Program-made: the position numbers and the translations under genes
The notes under the pieces: model-generated
Database searches by the model: none
Seen by the model: the letters and a program-made list of their open reading frames with translations, nothing else
Told to the model about the DNA's origin: nothing
NCBI GenBank assembly: GCA_964016885.1
Contig: OZ024741.1
Span: 371,876,001 to 371,940,000, forward strand
Direction of reading: 5' to 3'
DNA from: Eledone cirrhosa
Lineage: Eukaryota
Length of the DNA stretch: 64,000 bases
Shown here: positions 34,258 through 49,400 of the stretch, one piece after another
Position numbering within the stretch: position 1 is the first letter of the stretch
How the letters are laid out: the number at the start of each line of letters is the position of its first letter

Positions 34258-34490
34258 TTAAAGTTAAAGTCTGTCCCAAGCCTAAAGGCTCGTCAGGCCG
34301 GTGCTTATCCCGGTTTCATCTGCGTTAAACGATTGATAATGCAAGACTCCCACCGCTCTCCTGGACAGGGCGCCAGTCCATCGCTATGTTGATCCAGCTA
34401 CTGTTGGTACTAATTTTCAGCTGAATGTACTGGAGTAATGTGAAATGAAGTGAACACAACACACAACCCAGACCAAGAGTCGAACTTACG
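34258..34490 (-). mobile_element. Probable SINE of a second family
   Basis: AAAGTTAAAGTCTGTCCCAAGCC...CCGGTGCTTATCCCGGTTTC...GTCGAAC resembles a reverse-oriented tRNA-SINE body. Recognised by eye only. Confidence 0.45.
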
Positions 34491-35117
34491 AGTCAGTTAT
34501 TGCTAACGCCATTTATCGGTTAGTTCCGCAGCTCATATACTGCCTGTACAATCTATACGACATTCTACTTATACTACACCTATTGCTACCCACTGAAAAA
34601 TGGACTTAATTTAATTTTCGATTGATGAGGAACATAATTTACCACACTGTCGTTTAATAGACATTTGAGGCATTTATTGCTGGTGCCTTCTGATCTTGAC
34701 ATTTTTTGGACATGGCATATACCTACTCCTAAATCTTAGTGCCTCCTGTCAAATACCGGATATTTGACACATTTTTATTTGGCTACTTTCTCTAGTGGAC
34801 CATTGACATATTTTATCCAATGCCACTGCCACCTAGTGGACAGTCAACATAGCTTTTATACGAAGTTTGTACAGAATTGACAATAACCTAAGTTTGTTCA
34901 CATCTTCCTCGTGGCTTTAAGTGTCAAACCATTAGACTGACATTGAATAAAAGTGGCTAAAAAAAAAATTGCATTTTGTATATTTCCGTAAACTGAGGTC
35001 ACAGAATAAATTTGATGTCACAATTTTTAACATGTACACCTTTACTTTTTTGTAGTTCGATTAACTAACTGGGGACACGGGCTTATTAAATGTTTTACAT
35101 TATTATTTAAAAGGGCG

Positions 35118-36071
35118 ATGGATTGGCAGTATCGAAAGAGAGATGAACGCCATGATTTGCAGCATAGAGTTACGACCCTTTATGATCTGAGTTCAAATCC
35201 CGCTGAGGTTAACTTTGCCTTTCATCCTTACGGGGTCGATAAAATAAAATACCAGTAACGCACTGGGGTCGATTTAATCGACTTTCCCCTCCCCAAAAAT
35301 TGCTAGCCTTGTGCCTATATAAGAAACCAAATTGGCAGTATCGGTAGAGGGTTGGACGCCATGCTTTCTAGCATAGTTACGTCCCTTTACAGTCTGAGTT
35401 CAAATCCCGCCGAGGTTAACTTTGCCTTTCATCCTTATGGGGTCGATAAAATAAAGTACCAGTAATATACTGAGTAATTGCTGGCCTTGTGCCTAAAGTA
35501 GAAACAATTACTATTTAAAACCATGCTGTCTTATTTTGATATGTATTCAATTATTATTTAAGTTTCCTACTTTTCAGTTTCAAGTTCAAACCCCGCCAAT
35601 ATCGATTTTATTGCTTTTAGACCTGCAACATCGGGAAACTAATATTGCCGGTGTCATAATGTGTTGACGAAACCCCTTCCCCTGAAAAGAAAAATGTTGT
35701 TATATGACACATTATTGGGGATATAATTTAATGTATACTCTGAATTTAAAACCAATCCAGGTTGAATTTACTTTTCATTTTTTCAAAATATAGATGAAAT
35801 TAGTAATGTACTGAAGTCGATGCTGTCGAGTGTGTGAACGCTTTGCCGCTCAGATAGCCTATAAAACATTTATATATTTTATGGTGGATTGGCAGTGTCG
35901 GTAGAGGGTCGGATGCCATGCTTTGTAGCATAGAGTTACGCCCCTTTACGGTCTGAGTTCAAATCCCGCCGAGGTTAACTTTGCCTTTCATCCTTACGAG
36001 GTCGATAAAGTAAAACACCAGTAATGCACTGGCATAATTGCTGGCCTTGTGCCAAAAGTAGAAACAATTAT
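35118..36071 (+). mobile_element. Cluster of tRNA-derived SINEs (35118-35330, 35331-35510 and 35882-36071 full length, with degenerate copies between)
   Basis: A box, B box, core and tail are all present. Confidence 0.88.
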
Positions 36072-36478
36072 TTTATTTTTTATTTATTTATTTATCTATT
36101 TATTTTGTTTAAATCCCATCTAGGTTGAATTTGCTTTTCATGGGCTCAGAATATCGATAATCATTTTATTCGGTGTCTTAACGATGTTGCTAAATTGCTG
36201 CATTAAAAGGCAAATATGATTCGGTGATCTTTTTTTTATCATGATTAAGCATTAGCATTCTAAATGAAATATAGATGGCGGGCTCAACTTGATGTGGACA
36301 TAGCTTTTGCCCTAGACTTTGTCAAATATAAACTCCCTGCCGCTCAAATTGCCCACAAGAAATTTAAAAGAACAATCCTAAATATTCTAAGGAAACATCA
36401 AGTTCTAGAAAATCAAACTTTCCAGTTGTTGTCTTCCTGTTTCTTCTACAATTACAACGGTACGCGATGGGGACAGAA

Positions 36479-37103
36479 TGGAGAAGGCGTTTCCCCTGAG
36501 GACGGCGAGGGAGACGCGCTGGAAGAGTCACTCCAACCCGCGGGGCTCACACCTGCGGCTGGCCAGCTCAGTATTTATTAATCCCATCGAAATTAAAAGC
36601 CTATAAGAAATTTAAAATGTTCTGTTTTTATAACCATTATGGCCTTGAATTTTATAACCATTATGGCCTTGAATTAGATGCATTGCAGTATTAAGTTTGG
36701 TTTCTTTAATCTAAGAGCAATCTCACCACCACGTTTCTGGTGTCAATAAAATAAGTAAAAGTATCTTTAAGATTTTGAGGTCAAAGATTTGAATATTGTA
36801 TATCGAAGGTTATTCTTTTTAATTTATGGTACAATTGTTTCATAAAACCTACAGTTTGACAAATGTGTCCGAACACGGAAGAACCGAACTCCCACTGTCA
36901 TCGCCTCCGTCTCTCTCGCCCTCCCCATCTCTCTCTATTATGAGCAAATGGGGCCCCGCAGCCCCGGCGGACAGAATGGAAGAGCCATTCCATCTCGCGA
37001 GGCTCACACCTGCTGCTGGCCAGCTCAGCCACTATGGTGGGCCAAGGACACCAGAAGTTTCCACTGCTAAGAGCACGACCGCAAACCTGTCGGAGAGCGA
37101 CCG
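36479..37103 (-). mobile_element. Two CRE-like endonuclease-tail fragments (36479-36571, 36874-37103)
   Basis: Reverse-complement match to 971-1279 (AELASSRCEPREMEWLF). Confidence 0.7.
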
Positions 37104-37763
37104 AAATTATATAAAACACATCACTAATAAATTTTACAAAATCAAAATTGTCTTAATGTAAAAAATCTAATATATTTTTTCTTAATTTGATGTCAGGTTG
37201 AGGCTTCCATTTAATTTTGATTTCTGTTATACCTGTTCTATTTCATTTAGAATGCTATGCTTAATCTCGATAAAAAATGTCATAAAATATATATCAATCA
37301 TGTTTCTCAGGTGAAAGCTCAATAAACTTCTGTTCAGAAAGTCTATATTATAAATATAAACGATATGTACCTTGATATATTAATTGACAAACAAACTGGT
37401 ATTTTGTACATATATAGAGAGAGCAAATGATATGTAGATTTCAATACAAATTTAAATACTTACTATTTTTATATGTATTGATTAAACCTAACATTAACTT
37501 ATTTCTACTCCTAATTTCTCTAGATTAGTTTGAGTTGACTAACATGGATTCGCCTGGAGCTCTTTCTAACACTCTTTAAGGCCTGTCCTGTTTTATCTAC
37601 CTTTCTATAAAACGTTATTGTTACACCATGTGGAAATTATTTAAATATTTTCTTCCACGGGTAGATGACTAGTATCTTAATGCAGCGTGATATGTATATA
37701 TATAAATACATTCTTCCAATTCCAACCCGCCCGTCCCTTCAATCTATCTTATTTCTCATTCTT

Positions 37764-37799
37764 TCTTCTGATGAAGGACTAGCGTCCGAAACGTCAAGA
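37764..37799 (+). ncRNA. Minimal hammerhead ribozyme (GUC site) in a pLTR-like fragment (37705-37888)
   Basis: tctt CTGATGA a ggac-tagc-gtcc GAAAC GTC aaga. Confidence 0.8.
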
Positions 37800-37886
37800 C
37801 ACTCTTCCTGCTAGTTCAAGCATTAACCTAATATATTCCTTCCATATACTGTACCGATTGTGTTGTTATTTCTGTTTACCTTTTAC

Positions 37887-39180
<1,294 letters not shown>

Positions 39181-39218
39181 TCATAACTTGTGTGTTACAC
39201 CTCTATTCTTTTAAATAT

Positions 39219-39276
<58 letters not shown>

Positions 39277-39284
<8 letters not shown>

Positions 39285-39940
39285 GACGTAAAATAAGAAA
39301 ATTTTAAAAATTAAAATTTAACTTACTTACTAAAATTTTCACTCCAATATTTGCTAGCATGGGTATACATCTGTATACATGTGTTGGTAGATATACTAAT
39401 TCTCTATATTTATCTCCAAATTATTTGTTGAGCAAAACTTGCCAAAATTTACTGCTATGGTTCATGGTAGTAGTTAGGCTTTTGTCATAATACCACGCCA
39501 CTCCTCACTGATTAACCTCAGTGTCACGTGATTGATTCTTTAGAATTTGCCACTGACCAAATAGGCAGTGAATTTTTTCAGTGCCCTGGAATTTAGTCCC
39601 CGCTAGCTTTATTCCATCCACTGAATTATTATTTTTATATGGGTTCCTAGTGTCCGCGCATTGTCTGGGAACTTAGCTGAGAATATACTCCCTGATGACG
39701 TAAGGACTTCTCTATAGTTGCGTTACGTAACTATATTTATTCCCTTACAGAAACTAATTAGTTGGAGTGAAAATTTTAGTAAGTAAGTTAATTTTTAATT
39801 TTTTAAGTTTTCTTATTTTACGTCTTTCATATAATTGTTCTGCATCCCCCTGCATAGAACCACAAAGGTACTAAGACATAACATATATATTTGCTAGCAT
39901 GGGTATACATCTGTATACATATGTTGGTAGATATACTAAT

Positions 39941-39945
<5 letters not shown>
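39277..39945 (+). mobile_element. Hammerhead-bearing non-coding element (unit 540 bp, HHR 39687-39768) with an inverted 5' segment (39277-39347); related to 14201-15045
   Basis: Direct repeat TATTTGCTAGCATGGG at 39348 and 39888; 39277-39347 is the reverse complement of 39762-39831. Confidence 0.85.
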
Positions 39946-40035
<90 letters not shown>

Positions 40036-40066
40036 ATATGTATATATATATATGTATGTGTGTGTG

Positions 40067-40119
<53 letters not shown>

Positions 40120-40248
40120 GTGTGAGTGTATATATGTATATATGTGTGTGTGTATATATATATATGTATATATGTGTGTGTATATATGTATATATATATA
40201 TGTGTGTGTATATATATATATATATGTGTGTGTGTATATATATATATG

Positions 40249-40293
<45 letters not shown>

Positions 40294-40302
40294 GTGTGTG
40301 TG

Positions 40303-40336
<34 letters not shown>

Positions 40337-40442
40337 TGTGTATGTATATATATATATGTGTGTGTGTATGTGTATATATATATATATGTGTGTGTATATA
40401 TATGTATGTGTATATATATATATATATGTATGTATATATATG

Positions 40443-40473
<31 letters not shown>

Positions 40474-40586
40474 GTGTGTATGTATATATATATATGTATG
40501 TATATATATATGTATATGTGTATGTATATATATGTGTATGTATATATATATGTGTATGTATATATATGTATGTATGTATATATATG

Positions 40587-40663
<77 letters not shown>

Positions 40664-40724
40664 GTATATATATGTATGTATGTATATATATATGTATATA
40701 TATATATATGTATATATATATATG

Positions 40725-40755
<31 letters not shown>

Positions 40756-40780
40756 GTATATATATATATGTATATATGTA

Positions 40781-41358
40781 TAAGAGGAATCAAATGCTGC
40801 GTGCAGGAGAGGCGGTTACGCTGGTATGGACATGTGATGCGTATGAAGGATGACAGCTGCATAAAAAGGTGCAGAGCACTAGAAGTTGATGGAAACCGCG
40901 GAGTGGGGAGACCCAAGATGACTTGGGATGAGGTGATAAAAGCCGACCTTACCCAACTACACCTCTCAAAGTCAATGACACACGACCGTGACTTCTGGCG
41001 TCACGCAGTAATACAGGGTACCCGACCTCCCATGGGTACATGCTGAAGCATATAAATAATATGCCCCCCCCCCCCCCCCCCCACCGCAAGGTGGTCGTGG
41101 AGGTGCCACGGCAAAAAAGCACCCAGCCCACACTGTAAAGTGGACGTGTAGGCGCCACGAAAAAGCACCCAGCACTCACTGTAAATGAGGTTGGTGTTAG
41201 GAAGGGCATCCAGCTGTAGAAATCAAGCCAGATCAGTTCCTGTATGAGCAAGGCATGGTCAGCCGACCAGACACTGCCCACAACAGGACAACCCGTCTAA
41301 CCCATGCTAGCGTGGAAGAACGGACGTAAAACGGTGATGATGATGATGATGATGATGA
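40781..41358 (+). mobile_element. 3' end of an RTE-type LINE ORF (40781-41046), followed by a SINE/LINE 3' tail ending in (GAT)n
   Basis: [12 protein letters not shown]...[12 protein letters not shown]...DRDFWR; AGGAAGGGCATCCAGCTGTAGAAA...CCCATGCTAGCGTGGAAGAACGGACGTAAAACGG(TGA)n. Confidence 0.8.
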
Positions 41359-41362
41359 TATG

Positions 41363-41413
<51 letters not shown>

Positions 41414-41604
41414 ATATATATATGTATATATATGTATATATGTATATATATATATGTATATATATATATATGTATATATGTATATATATATATGTATATA
41501 TATATGTATGTATATATGTATATATATATATGTATATATATATATGCATATATGTATATATATATATGTATATATATATATGTATATATGTATATATATA
41601 TATG

Positions 41605-41635
<31 letters not shown>

Positions 41636-41658
41636 GTATATATATATATGTATATATG

Positions 41659-41691
<33 letters not shown>

Positions 41692-41964
41692 GTATATATA
41701 TATATGTATATATATATATGTATATATGTGTATATATATATATGTATATATATATATGTATATATATATATGTATATATGTGTATATATATATATGTATA
41801 TATGTATATATATATATATGTATATATATATATGTATATATATATATGTATATATATATATGTATATATATATATGTATATACATATATGTATATATATA
41901 TATGTATATATATATATGTATATATATATATGTATATATATATGTATATATATATATGTATATG

Positions 41965-41995
<31 letters not shown>

Positions 41996-42150
41996 GTATA
42001 TGTATATATATATATATGTATATATATATATGTATATATATATATGTATATATATATATGTATATATATATATATGTATATATATATGTATATATATATG
42101 TATATATATATGTATATATATATATGTATATATATATGTATATATATATG

Positions 42151-42183
<33 letters not shown>

Positions 42184-42322
42184 GTATATATGTATATATA
42201 TATATGTATATGTATATATATATATGTATATATATATATGTATATGTATATATGTATATGTATATATGTATATGTATATATGTATATGTATATATGTATA
42301 TATATATATGTATATATATATG

Positions 42323-42353
<31 letters not shown>

Positions 42354-42366
42354 GTATATATATATG

Positions 42367-42447
<81 letters not shown>

Positions 42448-42448
42448 G

Positions 42449-42479
<31 letters not shown>

Positions 42480-42480
42480 G

Positions 42481-42652
<172 letters not shown>

Positions 42653-42658
42653 TATATG

Positions 42659-42697
<39 letters not shown>

Positions 42698-42709
42698 GTA
42701 TATATATTA

Positions 42710-43320
42710 TGTCAGGTCACCAGTTGGTGCTACTGGTAACATGTATCCCAGTACAACCAGTCTCATGGTCGGGTCGTTGGCGACTAAACTGGCAACCCCA
42801 CCAAGGTTTCTTGGTGAGGAGGGTGACTTTGGACATCCTGCAGGACCAAAAACAAAACCTGTCAAAGGGCAAGGGAGCTCTTAAGACTCAATAGCCATCC
42901 AAAATCACCGGGAGAGATGACCCCTTAGCCTTTGTCAAGGCAGAAATCTAGGAGAAGGAAAACTCTGATATAACACCTGCAACCCTGATGGTATCCAATG
43001 ATGTTGACTTGTTCTTCTTTTAGGTAAATATCATCTTGGTTAAGAGAGTGGGACTGGCTTTGTGCAGTGCCTTTGCTCACTATAAAAGCTTCACAGCACA
43101 GGCATTACTTTATATCTGGAGATCTCTCTGCACTTGTCATCACATGGTACCATGGGCCCTGCACTATGTGTCAATAATGGTCACAAGTGTAGTCTTTGTA
43201 CCAGAGTTTTCAAGTCGCTGGCTGGACTAAAAAGTCACATTCGTTCAGCGCATCGGTAGGGGTTCTCCTACATGGATATAAAGTAGTGGCCTTACTCGAA
43301 AACGAGTTGGCAGCCACCAT
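42710..43320 (+). mobile_element. Non-autonomous RTE-derived element of about 610 bp, copy 1
   Basis: Same termini as 44906-45515; RTE 5'UTR-like CTAGGAGAAGGAAAACTCTGA and a 3' Zn-finger remnant. Confidence 0.7.
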
Positions 43321-43369
43321 GTATATATGTAAGTATGTATATATGTATGTATGTAAGTATATATATATG

Positions 43370-43408
<39 letters not shown>

Positions 43409-44637
43409 GTATATATGTATGTATGTATATATGTATGTATGTATGTATGTATATACGTATGTATGTATGTGTGTATATATATATGTATATGTATTTATGT
43501 ATGTATATATGTATGTATGTATATATGTATATATGTATGTATATATGTATATATGTATGTATGTATGTATATACGTATGTATGTATGTGTGTATAAATAT
43601 ATATGTATGTATATATATATGTATGTATATATACATATATATATGTATGTATATATATATATGTATATATATATGTATGTATATATATATGTATGTATAT
43701 ATACATATATATATGTATGTATATATATATATATGTATATATATATGTATGTATATATACATATATATATGTATGTATATATATATATATGTATATATAT
43801 ATGTATGTATATGTATATGTATGTATATGTATATATATGTATGTATATGTATATATATGTATATGTATGTATGTATATATATGTATGTATGTATATATAT
43901 GTATGTGTGTATATATATATGTATATGTATGTATGTATGTATGTATATATGTATGTATGTATATATGTATATATGTATGTATATATGTATATATGTATGT
44001 ATGTATGTATATACGTATGTATGTATGTGTGTATATATATATATGTATGTATATATATATGTATGTATATATATATGTATGTATATATACATATATATAT
44101 GTATGTATATATATATATATGTATATATATATGTATGTATATATATATGTATGTATATATACATATATATATGTATGTATATATATATATATGTGTATAT
44201 ATATATGTATGTATATATATATGTATGTATATGTATATATATGTATGTATATGTATGTATATGTATATATATGTATGTATGTATATATATGTATGTATGT
44301 ATATATATGTATGTATGTGTATATATGTATGTATATGTATGTATGTATATATATGTATGTATGTATATATATATATATGTATGTATGTATATATGTATGT
44401 ATGTATATATATATATATGTATGTATATATATGTGTATGTGTATATATATATATGTGTATGTGTATATATATATATGTGTATGTATATATATATGTATGT
44501 GTATGTATATATATATGTATATATATATATATATATGTATGTATATATATGTATATATATATGTATATATATATGTATATATATATATGTATATATATAT
44601 ATGTATGTATATATATGTATATGTATATATATATATG

Positions 44638-44669
<32 letters not shown>

Positions 44670-44697
44670 TATGTATGTATACATATATATATGTATG

Positions 44698-44730
<33 letters not shown>

Positions 44731-44905
44731 GTATATATATATATACATACATACATACATACATATATATATACATATATATATACATATATACATACAT
44801 ACATACATATATATATACATATATACATACATACATACATATATATATACATATATATATATACATATATATATACATACATACATATATACATACATAT
44901 GTATG

Positions 44906-45515
44906 TGTCAGGTCACCAGTTGGTGCTACTGGTAACATGTATCACAGTACAACCTGTCTCATGGACGGGTCGTTGGCGACTAAACTGGCAACCCCACCAA
45001 GGTTTCTTGCTGAGGAGGGTGACTTTGGACATCCTGCAGGACTAAAAACAAAACCTGTCAAAGGGCAAAGGAGCTCTTAAGAGTCAATGGCCATCCAAAA
45101 TCACCGGGAGAGATGACCCCTTAGCCTTTGTCAAGGCAGAATTCTAGGAGAAGAAAAACTCTGATATAACACCTGCAACCCTGATGGTATCCAATGATGT
45201 TGACTTGTTCTTCTTTTTGGTAAATATCATCTTGGTTAAGAGTGTGGGACTGGCTTTGTGCAGTGCCTTTGCTCACAATAAAAGCTTCACGGCATAGGCA
45301 TTGCTTTATATCTGGAGATCTCTCTGCACTTGTTGTCACATGGTACATGGGCCCAGCACAATGTGTCAATAGTTGTCACAAGTGTAGTGTTTGTACCAGA
45401 GTTTTCAAGTCGCTGGCTGGACTAAAAAGTCACACTCGTTCAGCTTATCGGTAGGGGTTCTCCTACATGGATATAAAGTAGTGGCCGTACGTGAAAACGA
45501 GTTGGCAGCCACCAT
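44906..45515 (+). mobile_element. Non-autonomous RTE-derived element of about 610 bp, copy 2
   Basis: [22 protein letters not shown] resembles the C2H2 C-terminus of RTE/BovB ORFs. Confidence 0.7.
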
Positions 45516-45734
45516 ATGTATATATATATATGTATATATATATATGTATATATGTATGTATATATATGTATGTATGTATGTATGTATATATATATATGTA
45601 TGTATATATATATATGTATATATATATATGTATATATGTATGTATATATATGTATGTATGTATGTATGTATATATATATATGTATGTATATATATATATG
45701 TATATATATATATGTATATGTATATATATATATC

Positions 45735-45789
<55 letters not shown>

Positions 45790-45808
45790 GTATATATGTA
45801 TATATATG

Positions 45809-45843
<35 letters not shown>

Positions 45844-45904
45844 GTATATATATATATGTATATATATATATGTATATATGTATATATATATATATATATA
45901 TGTG

Positions 45905-45949
<45 letters not shown>

Positions 45950-45975
45950 ATGTATATATGTATATATATGTATGT

Positions 45976-46016
<41 letters not shown>

Positions 46017-46038
46017 TATGTATATATATATATGTATG

Positions 46039-46083
<45 letters not shown>

Positions 46084-46084
46084 G

Positions 46085-46131
<47 letters not shown>

Positions 46132-46132
46132 G

Positions 46133-46213
<81 letters not shown>

Positions 46214-46228
46214 GTATATATATATATG

Positions 46229-46273
<45 letters not shown>

Positions 46274-46300
46274 GTATGTATATATATGTATATATGTATG

Positions 46301-46376
<76 letters not shown>

Positions 46377-46404
46377 TATATATATATGTATATATATATA
46401 TATG

Positions 46405-49400
46405 TATTAGAAAGATCGAGTATCGAAAAATCGGCGCACGAGTTCACGATAAACGAGATTCGAAATGAGCGGCAGAGGGCTCAATAATTCAGATGAATCA
46501 GAGCTATAACTATCGTTAAAATACCGTCACATATAGAACAAGTCTACAATCAACCATACGATTTAAAATCGATAGAGGAAGATTCGGGACAAACAGATAA
46601 AAAATATCAATAAAACAATACGTCAATAATTTAAATGAATGTAAAATCATACCCGGACCCACTAGACAGGTGTTAAATCTAGCTTCATGGGTTTCTGTAA
46701 ATCCTTAGACTGTACTCTATCAGCTCACATATAAATATAAAAGCCTACTAGAGTAAGCGGAACGGAGTTTTACTTTCTCAACGAGTTTTTTCCTGGCGGC
46801 AGAGGAGCCAACTACCAGTGAAAAACGCACATGGCATTAGACAAGGGAGATGACCCCTATATCCGCGAAAACAATTCGAGTGAATGTGGAAATACACATA
46901 TCGAATTAGAGTGCTCAATAGACAAGTTAAAATAAAACAAAAGCTATTCATCACTCAATAGAATCGACAAAAAATGAGCAATAAAATTAACTGGTGGATA
47001 GCTAAGTCCAGAGCTAAATATATTAGAAAGATCGAGAATCGAAAAATCGGCGCACGAGTTCACGATAAACGAGATTCGAAATGAGCGGCAGAGGGCTCAA
47101 TAATTCAGATGAATCAGAGCTATAACTATCGTTAAAATACCGTCACATATAGAACAAGTCTACAATCAACCATACGATTTAAAATCGATAGAGGAAGATT
47201 CGGGACAAACAGATAAAAAATATCAATAAAACAATACGTCAATAATTTAAATGAATGTAAAATCATACCCGGACCCACTAGACAGGTGTTAAATCTAGCT
47301 TCATGGGTTTCTGTAAATCCTTAGACTGTACTCTATCAGCTCACATATAAATATAAAAGCCTACTAGAGTAAGCGGAACGGAGTTTTACTTTCTCAACGA
47401 GTTTTTTCCTGGCGGCAGAGGAGCCAACTACCAGTGAAAAACGCACATGGCATTAGACAAGGGAGATGACCCCTATATCCGAGAAAACAATTCGAGTGAA
47501 TGTGGAAATACACATATCGAATTAGAGTGCTCAATAGACAAGTTAAAATAAAACAAAAGCTATTCATCACTCAATAGAATCGACAAAAAATGAGCAATAA
47601 AATTAACTGGTGGATAGCTAAGTCCAGAGCTAAATATATTAGAAAGATCGAGTATCGAAAAATCGGCGCACGAGTTCACGATAAACGAGATTCGAAATGA
47701 GCGGCAGAGGGCTCAATAATTCAGATGAATCAGAGCTATAACTATCGTTAAAATACCGTCACATATAGAACAAGTCTACAATCAACCATACGATTTAAAA
47801 TCGATAGAGGAAGATTCGGGACAAACAGATAAAAAATATCAATAAAACAATACGTCAATAATTTAAATGAATGTAAAATCATACCCGGACCCACTAGACA
47901 GGTGTTAAATCTAGCTTCATGGGTTTCTGTAAATCCTTAGACTGTACTCTATCAGCTCACATATAAATATAAAAGCCTACTAGAGTAAGCGGAACGGAGT
48001 TTTACTTTCTCAACGAGTTTTTTCCTGGCGGCAGAGGAGCCAACTACCAGTGAAAAACGCACATGGCATTAGACAAGGGAGATGACCCCTATATCCGCGA
48101 AAACAATTCGAGTGAATGTGGAAATACACATATCGAATTAGAGTGCTCAATAGACAAGTTAAAATAAAACAAAAGCTATTCATCACTCAATAGAATCGAC
48201 AAAAAATGAGCAATAAAATTAACTGGTGGATAGCTAAGTCCAGAGCTAAATATATTAGAAAGATCGAGTATCGAAAAATCGGCGCACGAGTTCACGATAA
48301 ACGAGATTCGAAATGAGCGGCAGAGGGCTCAATAATTCAGATGAATCAGAGCTATAACTATAGTTAAAATACCGTCACATATAGAACAAGTCTACAATCA
48401 ACCATACGATTTAAAATCGATAGAGGAAGATTCGGGACAAACAGATAAAAAATATCAATAAAACAATACGTCAATAATTTAAATGAATGTAAAATCATAC
48501 CCGGACCCACTAGACAGGTGTTAAATCTAGCTTCATGGGTTTCTGTAAATCCTTAGACTGTACTCTATCAGCTCACATATAAATATAAAAGCCTACTAGA
48601 GTAAGCGGAACGGAGTTTTACTTTCTCAACGAGTTTTTTCCTGGCGGCAGAGGAGCCAACTACCAGTGAAAAACGCACATGGCATTAGACAAGGGAGATG
48701 ACCCCTATATCCGCGAAAACAATTCGAGTGAATGTGGAAATACACATATCGAATTAGAGTGCTCAATAGACAAGTTAAAATAAAACAAAAGCTATTCATC
48801 ACTCAATAGAATCGACAAAAAATGAGCAATAAAATTAACTGGTGGATAGCTAAGTCCAGAGCTAAATATATTAGAAAGATCGAGTATCGAAAAATCGGCG
48901 CACGAGTTCACGATAAACGAGATTCGAAATGAGCGGCAGAGGGCTCAATAATTCAGATGAATCAGAGCTATAACTATCGTTAAAATACCTTCACATATAG
49001 AACAAGTCTACAATCAACCATACGATTTAAAATCGATAGAGGAAGATTCGGGACAAACAGATAAAAAATATCAATAAAACAATACGTCAATAATTTAAAT
49101 GAATGTAAAATCATACCCGGACCCACTAGACAGGTGTTAAATCTAGCTTCATGGGTTTCTGTAAATCCTTAGACTGTACTCTATCAGCTCACATATAAAT
49201 ATAAAAGCCTACTAGAGTAAGCGGAACGGAGTTTTACTTTCTCAACGAGTTTTTTCCTGGCGGCAGAGGAGCCAACTACCAGTGAAAAACGCACATGGCA
49301 TTAGACAAGGGAGATGACCCCTATATCCGCGAAAACAATTCGAGTGAATGTGGAAATACACATATCGAATTAGAGTGCTCAATAGACAAGTTAAAATAAA

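Noticed and set aside
42710-42800. HDV-like ribozyme at the 5' end of the RTE-derived element
   Set aside because: P2-like (ccagt/actgg) and P4/CUAA-like parts are visible, but I could not assign P1/P3 consistently
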